Shown: in pieces, positions 37,432 to 45,798 of the stretch
How positions within the stretch are numbered: position 1 is the stretch's first letter
Layout: every line of letters begins with the position of its first letter
DNA from: Candidatus Parcubacteria bacterium
Lineage (GTDB): Bacteria; Patescibacteriota; Minisyncoccia; JACPXH01
Reading direction: 5' to 3'
Length of the DNA stretch: 45,798 bases
Assembly (NCBI GenBank): GCA_016196625.1
Contig: JACPXH010000003.1
Coordinates: forward strand, 1 to 45,798
Position numbers and translations under genes: made by a program
Notes under the pieces: generated by a model
What the model was told of the DNA's origin: nothing
Databases searched by the model: none
The model's input: only the letters and a program-made list of their open reading frames with translations

Positions 37432-38961
37432 ATGGAACAGTTTTTCATCCTGGCCGTGAGCCTGGGCGGACTTGTGGTGGGGTCCGTTGCCGGCTACTAC
37501 GCGCGCCAGACGATAGCCAAAAAGCAGGCTGGTTCAATCGAGGCCAAGCTTTCGAAACTCGTTGAAGGCGCTAAGACCGAAGCTCGGGAGACGCTGCTGC
37601 AAGCCAAAGATAAAGCCGTCAAAATCCTCGAAGAGGCCAAGCGCGACGAGAAAGAACGCGCGCAGGTTCTTGAACGGCACGAGGAGCGGCTTTTGAAGCG
37701 GGAGGAGATGCTCGAGCAGAAAATGGCGGGCATCGAAAAGACCGACCTCGAACTCGCTGAAAAAATCGAGCGGGTGAAAGCCATCCGGGAAGAAGCAGAA
37801 AGCCTTCACGGTAAGGCCGAAGAAAAGTTAGCGCAGGTAGCCAAGTTAAGCGAAGCCGAAGCCAAGCAGGAGATCGTCCGGCTGGCTGAGAAAAAGCAGT
37901 CCGAGGAACTCGCGCACCACCTGCAACGTTTGGAGCAAGACAAGCTTGAGGCCGTTGAGAAGCGGGCGCTTGATGTCATGGCCACCGCCATCCAGCGCTA
38001 CTCCCGCACGCACGTCGCCGACATTACGACGTCAGTCGTGACGCTCCCTGATGATGACATGAAGGGACGCATCATCGGCCGCGAGGGCCGCAATATTAAG
38101 GCGCTCGAGCGCCTCACCGGCGTGGATATCATTGTGGACGATACGCCCGGTGCGATCACGCTCTCCGGGTTCGATCCAATCCGGCGCGCAGTTGCCAAAT
38201 CCGCGATTGCCAAGTTGGTGGCGGACGGCCGCATCCAGCCGGCCCGGATCGAAGAGAAGGTGGAAGAGGCCAAGGCCGAGATGAAAAAGAAAATCCAGGA
38301 GGCCGGGGAGGCCGCGGTCTATGAGACGAGCATTCTTGATTTCCCGCCGCCCTTGGTGCAGCTCTTGGGGCGCTTGGCCTTCCGGGTATCCTACGGCCAG
38401 AACGTTTTGCTTCACTCCATCGAAGCGGCGCATCTTGCCGGCATGATTGCCCAGGAGTTGGGGGCGAAGGTGGAAGTGGCCAAGAAAGCGGCGTTGCTTC
38501 ACGACATCGGCAAAGCCATTGATCACGAGGTCGAGGGGTCGCATTTGGAGCTTGGTCGCAAGATCCTCGCTAAGTATCACATACCGGAGGCCGTGATTCA
38601 GGCCATGGAGGCCCACCATGAGGATTATCCATTTATGACTCCGGAAGCCATGATTGTTGCGGCCGCAGAATCAGTTTCCGCTGCCCGGCCTGGCGCGCGG
38701 CGCGATACGGTGGAGAACTACATCCGGCGGCTAGAGGAGCTTGAAAAAGTGGCCAATTCCTTTGAAGGGGTGGATAAATCTTACGCCATCCAGGCGGGGC
38801 GCGAAGTGCGGGTGTTTGTTGTTCCCGAGAAGGTGGACGACTATGCAGCCATGAAGCTTGCGCGCGACATCGCCGACCGCATTGAAGAAGAACTCCGCTA
38901 TCCGGGCGAGATTAAGGTTAATGTAATTCGGGAGTTGCGGGCGGTTGAGTACGCAAAGTAA
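37432..38961 (+). CDS. rny: Ribonuclease Y
   Basis: N-terminal TM, coiled coil, KH domain (KGRIIGREGRNI), HD domain (LLHDIGKA), YAIQAGREVRV. Confidence 0.97.
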   Translation: MEQFFILAVSLGGLVVGSVAGYYARQTIAKKQAGSIEAKLSKLVEGAKTEARETLLQAKDKAVKILEEAKRDEKERAQVLERHEERLLKREEMLEQKMAGIEKTDLELAEKIERVKAIREEAESLHGKAEEKLAQVAKLSEAEAKQEIVRLAEKKQSEELAHHLQRLEQDKLEAVEKRALDVMATAIQRYSRTHVADITTSVVTLPDDDMKGRIIGREGRNIKALERLTGVDIIVDDTPGAITLSGFDPIRRAVAKSAIAKLVADGRIQPARIEEKVEEAKAEMKKKIQEAGEAAVYETSILDFPPPLVQLLGRLAFRVSYGQNVLLHSIEAAHLAGMIAQELGAKVEVAKKAALLHDIGKAIDHEVEGSHLELGRKILAKYHIPEAVIQAMEAHHEDYPFMTPEAMIVAAAESVSAARPGARRDTVENYIRRLEELEKVANSFEGVDKSYAIQAGREVRVFVVPEKVDDYAAMKLARDIADRIEEELRYPGEIKVNVIRELRAVEYAK

Positions 38962-39132
38962 AGGAGCAGCGGAAGCAGAATCTATCCACAGGTGCCAAGG
39001 CGACGCTTGCAAGCCAAAAAGCTGCTCGGTACAATGGAGGATGCGTGATATTCCGTCACGGCGCGTGTGCCGTGTCCAATATGGCAAAGGTCGAGCATAC
39101 TTCTCGAATACAGCAATTCCCATATTATGAGC

Positions 39133-39405
39133 ATGAACAAAGAACAGTTGCTGGAAGCGATTTCGGCCAAGGTGGGCTGTTCGAAGAAAGAAGCCGGCGA
39201 TGCGGTGGAAGCGATGACCGATATCGTAACGTCCGAACTTTCCAAGGCCGGGCAGGTAACACTCACGGGCTTCGGGACTTTTTGGGTTTCGAATCGCGCT
39301 GCGCGCCAAGGGGTGAACCCGCGCACTGGCCAGAAGATTCAGATTGCGGCGATGAAAGTGCCGAAGTTCAAGGCTGGCAAAGGTCTCAAAGACGCGGTCA
39401 GATGA
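39133..39405 (+). CDS. hup: HU family DNA-binding protein (start 39127 or 39133)
   Basis: MNKEQLLEAIS...GFGTF...RQGVNPRTGQKIQI...PKFKAGKGLKDAV. Confidence 0.96.
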   Translation: MNKEQLLEAISAKVGCSKKEAGDAVEAMTDIVTSELSKAGQVTLTGFGTFWVSNRAARQGVNPRTGQKIQIAAMKVPKFKAGKGLKDAVR

Positions 39406-39685
39406 CCCCGGCGGGGTCATCCTGAGTGAGGGGCGTCGATCGTCCCGAAACGAAGGATCTCGCGACCCAGCTCGAGCTGGTCTCGAGCGCAAAGGAGCTC
39501 CCGAATGTTGAGGGGGGCTTTTTTGTTAGTTTTCGTCCGCCGCGGGGTGGGTCGCAACATTGGTGCCGGGATTGCCACATAAATCATTGACAGCTCTATA
39601 TATGTAGTGGTATGGATGATATTCCGACTCAATAGACCGAGTGAGGCGTTCCTGAACAGCCCGCCAGTTGGCGGAGGAGGGGAAA

Positions 39686-40423
39686 ATGCCGAAGTCCAGT
39701 CGATTGTTCGTTGTCATGGCGGTGGCCTTCGCCGTGGCGTCCGTGCCGATGGCGTGGGCGGACGCGCTAGAGCCGCCGGAGCCGGATATATGCGCTTCGA
39801 TCAGAGCGCAGATGGCGCAGCTCCAGAGGGCGTCCGTGTTCCCCGAGCGCAAGTCGCTCTGGGGGTTCATCTACGGACTCGGGGTTCGACCGGGCGCAAG
39901 TCCTCTCGAGTCGGCGTTTAACCTGACTGGTTGGTCCCGTCAGGAGAACGTGCATCTCGAGGTTGAGGGCAACGTTGCCACTTTTCTCCTCGGGTTGGCG
40001 CCATCGAGGTTCCATCCTGTCGACGGCCCGCCGAAGGTTGGGGGAACCGGGTTCATCAAGTTTTATGAGGATAACCGTTCGAGGATTGTCCTCTACGAGC
40101 CGGGCGACATCGAGCGGCAGCGGCCGTACCCGATTCCGCAGATAAACGTCGGCCTCGAGGGGTCGGCGTTCTACACCGACGCTGCTGCCTTCGAGGCCAA
40201 TGTTACCCGGCCGCTCGTCTGCGCCGTCTTCGAAGCGGTGCGGTCCGGTCGGGTTGACCGGCCGGTCGTGGTATTGGCGGTTGAGTCTGTGGGGTTCTGC
40301 CAGGATTTAAGCGGCCCAGAACCAAAGATCTGCGGACTCAACATTGGAGGCAGGATTGTTGGGATCTCCTACCGGCCCGAGATCCCGCCGCCTCCGCCTT
40401 GTCCTCCCGGCGGCTGCCGCTAA
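39686..40423 (+). CDS. Hypothetical secreted protein
   Basis: SD GGAGG; signal peptide MPKSSRLFVVMAVAFAVASVPMAWA; downstream hairpin at 40448-40473. Confidence 0.7.
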   Translation: MPKSSRLFVVMAVAFAVASVPMAWADALEPPEPDICASIRAQMAQLQRASVFPERKSLWGFIYGLGVRPGASPLESAFNLTGWSRQENVHLEVEGNVATFLLGLAPSRFHPVDGPPKVGGTGFIKFYEDNRSRIVLYEPGDIERQRPYPIPQINVGLEGSAFYTDAAAFEANVTRPLVCAVFEAVRSGRVDRPVVVLAVESVGFCQDLSGPEPKICGLNIGGRIVGISYRPEIPPPPPCPPGGCR

Positions 40424-40546
40424 ACTTTGTGTTCCTTCGTGCTCCGAGCACCCCGATCAAGAGGTCGGGGTGCCTGTCTTCGTAGTCTTCCACGTCTTTC
40501 ACTCAACGTGCTACATTCTAGCTACTAATCGCTAGCTACTCGTTCA

Positions 40547-41827
40547 GTGTCTTCCCGCACTATTTTCGCCATTGTCGCCGTTCTCCTCGTCGCCGCTGGT
40601 ATCGGCGCCTACTTCCTGTTTCAAAAACCTGCCGGCGTTAGCGCCGCCGAACTCGAAGTGCTCCAGGGCGAGGTCGAGGTGCAGCCAACGCCACAGGCAC
40701 GCAGCCTAGTGGCGTCAGCGGCGATGTCGCTTTCGGCCACAGCACGGATCAAAACCAAAGCCGGCGGTAAAGCGGTGGTGCGTTTTAAGTCGGGTTCGCT
40801 GATCCGGCTCGACGAGAATACTGAAATTGTGCTGGCCGAGGTCGCGGAAACTGCCCGGGCCAGTCGTATTCAGGTCAACCTGGAAACCGGGCAGGCGTGG
40901 GCGCGAGTCAAACAGCTGCTCGAGACAGATTCATTTTCCGTAACCACCCCCAACACGGTGGCCCACGTCCGGGGCACGGCCTTCAATGCGCGCTATGAGG
41001 CGCCGACCACTACTCTCTTGATTTGGAAGGGTGTTGTCGGCGTGGCCTTCCGTGATCCAGTAACGAAGCAAATAAATACGCGGTTGGGCGAAGTGCGGGT
41101 GGGCGAACGCAAATCCGTGCGGCTTGATCCGGAAACGCCGGCAGTTGGCATCCGCCCCGTAGATGTTACGGTCGAGGAAGTTGAAGATCCGTGGGTGGCG
41201 TCGAACCGGGCTCAAGATCGAAAGGTTGACGCATCCCAGGGAGTGCGGGAGGAGCAAGAGCAGGTGTTTGGCATATCAGGCCAGGCCACCCCAACTCCCC
41301 CTACCACTCCAGCGGAAGATCAGGTTGAAAAGTTCAAATTGTCACCTACCCCCAAGGTCGAGCTGCAAGCGCATGAGCCCGAGCCGTCCCCGCCTAAAAC
41401 AACAACTTCGTCCAAACCAGACGTTGGGCTGCCGGTGCTGCCAGCGGTGCCGGACGCGCTTGAGATCACCCACGATTTTCCTGAAGACACTGTTTTCTTC
41501 CCAGGCGACAGCGCCAACTTCTCGGCTTGGCTGGTCTTTTCTGATAGGCGCCGTGAGGGCGCGACCGACCGGGTGCAGTGGGCCGTCAGTTCGGCGCTGG
41601 GTACGATCACGAAAGAGGGTTTTGCAAAGTTCAACCGGGCTGGCACCGGAGCGGTTACGGCCTCAATCGTCATCGAAGGCAAGATCATGCGCGCGAGCCA
41701 CGCGGTTACAGTTAAGGCAGTGATTCAACCCCCGCCGCCTCCAAAAGGGGAGCCACCCACAGCCCTTCCTCCAGAACAGTACCCCGGCCCTGATACATAC
41801 GATCAGTTCTACCAGTATCCTCGTTGA
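40547..41827 (+). CDS. Membrane-anchored FecR-domain protein with a C-terminal Ig-like domain
   Basis: TM anchor; FecR-like pattern IKT..GKAVVRF.SGSLIRLDENT...VTTPNTVAHVRGTAF. Confidence 0.82.
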   Translation: MSSRTIFAIVAVLLVAAGIGAYFLFQKPAGVSAAELEVLQGEVEVQPTPQARSLVASAAMSLSATARIKTKAGGKAVVRFKSGSLIRLDENTEIVLAEVAETARASRIQVNLETGQAWARVKQLLETDSFSVTTPNTVAHVRGTAFNARYEAPTTTLLIWKGVVGVAFRDPVTKQINTRLGEVRVGERKSVRLDPETPAVGIRPVDVTVEEVEDPWVASNRAQDRKVDASQGVREEQEQVFGISGQATPTPPTTPAEDQVEKFKLSPTPKVELQAHEPEPSPPKTTTSSKPDVGLPVLPAVPDALEITHDFPEDTVFFPGDSANFSAWLVFSDRRREGATDRVQWAVSSALGTITKEGFAKFNRAGTGAVTASIVIEGKIMRASHAVTVKAVIQPPPPPKGEPPTALPPEQYPGPDTYDQFYQYPR

Positions 41828-41829
41828 GC

Positions 41830-43800
41830 ATGCCTCGTCGTTGGCGAAGGCAGAATCGAGCGTCTCGCTGGGGGTGGCCGGCGTCCACAGTGGCCGCCGT
41901 GGTGTTGGCCATAGGCGCTTTGGCGTTTCTTGATGTTTTTCAGTCAGTTGAAGCTCGGCTCTCGGACCGATTGTTTCTGTCGCGCGCTCCGCGATCCGAC
42001 ATTGTCATCGTGGCCATTGATGATGCAAGTTTGCAGGCGGTGGGACGCTGGCCCTGGCCGCGCCGGGTGCACGCCGAGCTTATCGGCATCCTCAAACCCG
42101 TTGAGCCGGCGGTAGTTGCTTTCGATGTCGCCTTTTTTGAATCCTCGAGCGCCGCTGACGATGAAGCTTTGGCCAAAGCCATAGCGTCTGTCCCGACCGT
42201 GCTCACAGTTGAAGCGCAAGATTTTACCGCACGGCAGAGGCCTTGGCAGGGGAGTGGCTTGCTTCAACCGATTCTGGTGTTGCGCCAAGCCGCCCGGGCT
42301 CTGGGGCACGCGCACACGCCGGCTCAAGGCGACGGAGTGGTGCGCGTTTTTCCGGACGAGTTGGTTACGCCCGAGGGTGAGTTCCCCCCGTTCGCCTTGG
42401 CGGCAATTGCGAGCCGTGGCGGTAGACGGGATTTCAAGTCGGACCGGATTAATTTCGTTGGTCCTCCGGGCACAATAAAAACCGTCTCGTACGCCGATGT
42501 GCTGGCGGGGCATATCCCGGCCGAACAGTTTCGCGATGCGTTTGTGTTCGTGGGCGCCACCGCCCCGAGTCTGCATGATACGGTTTTGACTCCTAGTTCG
42601 CGGGGGAATGGGCTTGCCGGTGTGGAGCTGCACGCGCAGATTGCCGAGCAGGTGCTTCGAGGTCTGCCCTTGCGGGTGGCTCCGAAACAGGCGACCGTCG
42701 GCGTCGTCGTGGCGCTCGGGCTCCTGATTGCTTTCACCTTTCCTCGCGGCCGGCGTTTGCGCCACGCCGCGCTCGTAGCCCTTGTCTTTGGTTTGGCCTA
42801 TAACGGGCTCGTACTCCTGGCCTTCAGCCGGGGGTTGATCCTTAACATTTTCTGGCCCAACGTGACGATCATGGCCGTGGTGGTGGCGATGGTGGGGGTT
42901 GAGTACCTTGCCGCCAGCCGCGAGCGCCGCTTCATCCGGGAGACATTCAGTCGGTACGTATCTCCTGAAGTCGTGGCGCATCTCCTTGAGCATCCCGAGC
43001 ACCTGCGGCTCGGCGGCGAGGTGCGCACGCTGACGATTCTCTTTTCTGACATCCGCAGCTTTACTTCTATTTCGGAGCGGCTTGCCGCCGGCGAACTCAC
43101 GCAGCTTTTAAACCGGTACCTGACCGCAATGTCGGCCGTTATCCTGCAGGAAGGCGGCGTGCTCGACAAATACATTGGCGACGCCATCATGGCTTTCTGG
43201 GGCGCGCCCATTCCCATGGCCGATCATGCTGCCCGAGCTGTCCGGGCAGCGCTCGGCATGCAGAAGGCACTCGAAGGCCTCAACGCCGAGTTGGCCCGCG
43301 AAGGCAAGCCCAAGATTGCGATCGGCATCGGCATCAACACGGGCGAAGTGGTGGTGGGGAACATGGGGTCTCAACAGCGTTTTGACTACACCGTGATCGG
43401 CGACGCGGTCAATCTTGCGTCGCGCCTTGAGGGTTTGAATAAGATCTACGGCACTATGATGCTAGTGTCGGCTGAGACCGAGCGCGAGTTGCCGCTGGAA
43501 GTTTTTAGGCGCGAAGTTGACCGGGTTGCGGTTAAGGGGAAGTCCGGAGCTGTTACTGTTTTTGAATTGATGAGTGGAGAGGAGTTTGAAAAAAATAAGC
43601 GAGCCCTCGCCGTTTTTGCAGAGGCGCTCGAGCACTATCGTGCCCAGCGCTGGGACGAAGCCGAGGCAGCGCTTGCGAACGTTCTCGCCCTCCGGCTAGG
43701 CGATGGGCCGAGCGAAGTTTTCCTTAAACGAATTAAAGTATTCCGGCACAACGCGCCCCTGCCCGGTTGGGACGGCAGCTGGCAGGCGGAAACAAAGTAA
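41830..43800 (+). CDS. CHASE2-domain class III adenylate cyclase
   Basis: CHASE2 motifs IVAIDDASL..GRWPWPR and GVELHAQ, three TM helices, FSDIRSFT, DKYIGDAIMAFWGAP (Lys), DYTVIGDAVNLASRLE (Asp; ATP-specifying pair). Confidence 0.93.
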   Translation: MPRRWRRQNRASRWGWPASTVAAVVLAIGALAFLDVFQSVEARLSDRLFLSRAPRSDIVIVAIDDASLQAVGRWPWPRRVHAELIGILKPVEPAVVAFDVAFFESSSAADDEALAKAIASVPTVLTVEAQDFTARQRPWQGSGLLQPILVLRQAARALGHAHTPAQGDGVVRVFPDELVTPEGEFPPFALAAIASRGGRRDFKSDRINFVGPPGTIKTVSYADVLAGHIPAEQFRDAFVFVGATAPSLHDTVLTPSSRGNGLAGVELHAQIAEQVLRGLPLRVAPKQATVGVVVALGLLIAFTFPRGRRLRHAALVALVFGLAYNGLVLLAFSRGLILNIFWPNVTIMAVVVAMVGVEYLAASRERRFIRETFSRYVSPEVVAHLLEHPEHLRLGGEVRTLTILFSDIRSFTSISERLAAGELTQLLNRYLTAMSAVILQEGGVLDKYIGDAIMAFWGAPIPMADHAARAVRAALGMQKALEGLNAELAREGKPKIAIGIGINTGEVVVGNMGSQQRFDYTVIGDAVNLASRLEGLNKIYGTMMLVSAETERELPLEVFRREVDRVAVKGKSGAVTVFELMSGEEFEKNKRALAVFAEALEHYRAQRWDEAEAALANVLALRLGDGPSEVFLKRIKVFRHNAPLPGWDGSWQAETK

Positions 43801-43829
43801 CAGTTCGCCTCGGCGAGCTGTTACTGTTC

Positions 43830-43971
43830 TGGAGCGAGTAGGGGGAACCCCGCACCGAGTTCCGAAACGGGGTTGACTCAACTCACGTTACTGCCTCGGT
43901 AACGCCTGCGGCTTTGCGTCATCTTCGCACCGCTTCTTCCCCGAGAATTGGTGCGGGGCAGGTCGAACCCC
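43830..43971 (-). pseudogene. 3' fragment of a tRNA-Gly-like gene (att remnant), with a 115-bp insert (43848-43962) in its T-loop
   Basis: Minus strand reads GGGGTTCGA|insert|TTCCCCCTACTCGCTCCA; the insert is CCTGCCCCGCACCAATTC...GAACTCGGTGCGGGG. Confidence 0.65.
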
Positions 43972-43984
43972 ATGCTTGAGTATA

Positions 43985-44125
43985 TTTACAACAAAGCTCG
44001 AAACCATTTCCTGCAAAATTGCTGACGCAATTTTGCTTTCCGAAATCCGCTCGGGCGGCGCGGGAAGGAGGGGTGGGGGGAGGAATGCCCGCGCCGCCCT
44101 CGCTTGGAAAAAATTACCGCCGCCG
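43985..44125 (+). repeat. 141-bp perfect inverted repeat, left copy
   Basis: Exact reverse complement of 45658-45798; covers most of the recombinase-tail-like MLEYIYNKARNHFLQNC* (starts 43972). Confidence 0.92.
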
Positions 44126-44185
44126 AAAGCTTTTCGAAAAAGAAAAAGGGCGTTGCCGAGTAAACGACAACGCCCATGGGTCGGA

Positions 44186-45562
44186 CTACAATCCGAGTTT
44201 TTGCTTCCATCGTTCCGCGACCGTCTTTGCTTTCTTGCCGGCAATGCCGGTGTAAAGAGACGGGTTCGAGAGAATCTGCCGTTGGTACGGAGTCATCCTT
44301 TCGAGATAGTCCTTCATCTCCGCATCGCCGACAACGACTTCTTCGAGTGGTCGCGCCTCGCGTTGGGCTTGAAGTGTGAGCGTCCGTACCTTCTCGTGCG
44401 CGTCGGGATGTCCCTGCGCGGCGAGAATGATGTAGAGCGGCTCGGCAACCACCAAACCTTTCTGCATGGCGAGGTTGCGTTCCAAGTTGGCGCGGTCAAC
44501 AGTGAGTTTCTTCATCGTGCGCGTCAGTCGCTTCGCGGTCGAAACCACATAGGCGACAACCTCGCCATAGGTTCGCGCGGACGCGGAATTGGTAAGGTCG
44601 CGTTGATGTTCACTGATTTGATCCATGAACACCGTCATGATTCGCGGCGCGACGATTTTCCAACAGCTCTTGGCATTCTCGAAGTTGATGGGGTTGCGCT
44701 TTTGCGGCATGGTCGAGGAACCGACTTGCGCCGCTTCAAACTCTTCTCCCACTTCTCCGATCTCCGTCCGTTGGAGATTCCGCATATCGTCGGACAAGTT
44801 AGCGAGAACACCCGCCGCGATTGTGATTTCGCAGAAAAGACGGGTCAACGCCTCCGGTGGCACGATTTGCGTCGAGTGTTCGGCTGGAGCGAGCCCCAAC
44901 TCGGCGAGTACTTCCGTCTCGAAACCCTCGGGGTCATCGAAGAACAGCGAGGAGGCATTGTACGCTCCAACTGCTCCCGAAAACTTTCCGGGAAGTTCCG
45001 TAGCGAGCGACTTCAACGCTTCGATAGAACCGCCGAGACGGCTGACATATCCGGCGAGCGCGAAGCCGAACGTAATCGGAACCGCGTGCTGGCCGTGAGT
45101 TCTGCCGACTTGTACTGTCTCCGCTTCGCGGAGCGCGGTAGTGATGAGTACTCCTTCCAACTTGACAAGAGATGGAACAAGCACTTTCTGCACCGCGTCC
45201 TTGTAGCGAGCGGCGTTCGCCGGATCAATGATGTCGTACGAAGTCGCCGTCATATGGACATACGGCTTCGCGTTCTCGCTGACTTTGGCGCGTACGCAAT
45301 TCACGAGCGCACGAATGTCGTGGCGAATCCGGTCTTCCTCCTCGTACACTTCCTCGGTCGTCACTTGACCGCAAGCCGCCTCAACTTCTTGGACGGCGAC
45401 TTCGGGACAAATTCCGCGGCGATGGAGTACCTTCACGAGCGCAAGCTCCACGAGGAGCTTGTAACGGGTAAACCCGTTCTCGGAGAGATACTTCGCCACT
45501 TCTTCATCCCAGTACCGGTAGTCAACCGGCGAAAGACTGTCGAACTGGTCGCGTGTTTTCAT
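44186..45562 (-). CDS. purB: Adenylosuccinate lyase
   Basis: LSPVDYRY, RHDIRA, HMTATSYD, GRTHGQHAVP, SGAVG, signature GSSTMPQKRNP, HQRDLTNS; SD GGAGG. Confidence 0.93.
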   Translation of the reverse strand: MKTRDQFDSLSPVDYRYWDEEVAKYLSENGFTRYKLLVELALVKVLHRRGICPEVAVQEVEAACGQVTTEEVYEEEDRIRHDIRALVNCVRAKVSENAKPYVHMTATSYDIIDPANAARYKDAVQKVLVPSLVKLEGVLITTALREAETVQVGRTHGQHAVPITFGFALAGYVSRLGGSIEALKSLATELPGKFSGAVGAYNASSLFFDDPEGFETEVLAELGLAPAEHSTQIVPPEALTRLFCEITIAAGVLANLSDDMRNLQRTEIGEVGEEFEAAQVGSSTMPQKRNPINFENAKSCWKIVAPRIMTVFMDQISEHQRDLTNSASARTYGEVVAYVVSTAKRLTRTMKKLTVDRANLERNLAMQKGLVVAEPLYIILAAQGHPDAHEKVRTLTLQAQREARPLEEVVVGDAEMKDYLERMTPYQRQILSNPSLYTGIAGKKAKTVAERWKQKLGL

Positions 45563-45657
45563 TTTTCCTCCTGTAAAAGAGCGTTTTCCCAGAACAAAAA
45601 ACTGGGATGTTCCCAGTTACAATTTACCAGTTTTTCCTTATTTTTTCAATGGTTATA

Positions 45658-45798
45658 CGGCGGCGGTAATTTTTTCCAAGCGAGGGCGGCGCGGGCATTC
45701 CTCCCCCCACCCCTCCTTCCCGCGCCGCCCGAGCGGATTTCGGAAAGCAAAATTGCGTCAGCAATTTTGCAGGAAATGGTTTCGAGCTTTGTTGTAAA
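45658..45798 (-). repeat. 141-bp perfect inverted repeat, right copy (runs to the window end)
   Basis: Exact reverse complement of 43985-44125. Confidence 0.92.

Noticed and set aside
43868-43944. CGGGG...CCCCGA interior of the 115-bp insert, considered as another nested tRNA
   Set aside because: The length is tRNA-like, but I could not fold D, anticodon or T arms on either strand.

Overview
This looks like a chromosomal window from a Patescibacteria (CPR, Parcubacteria-like) bacterium using genetic code 11. The lineage is inferred from gene-family style and the scarcity of Shine-Dalgarno sites. Housekeeping genes: pcrA, LysM/M23 peptidase, comM, dksA/traR-type Zn finger, pnp, NYN, rpsO, cca, uppS, yraN, nusA, K+-independent H+-PPase, tig, clpP, gpmI, rny and HU. 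There are four intact tRNAs (Lys-CTT, Arg-TCG, Pro-CGG, Ala-CGC). The window also holds a tandemly duplicated three-gene minor type IV pilin cassette (one copy carries 2x7 LVIVD propeller blades), a FecR + CHASE2 adenylate cyclase pair, a degenerate serine-recombinase island at tRNA-Lys, an IS1595 end, and purB flanked by 141-bp perfect inverted repeats. The most striking unexplained structure is an intact tRNA-Pro(CGG) gene nested inside the anticodon loop of a second, fully base-paired tRNA-Pro-like gene. It is carried on a stem-closed palindromic element (CCCCGCACC...GGTGCGGGG). Relatives of this element also sit in a tRNA-Gly T-loop fragment, at a prepilin GFT cleavage site, in frame in trigger factor just after an amber codon, and in the pnp leader.
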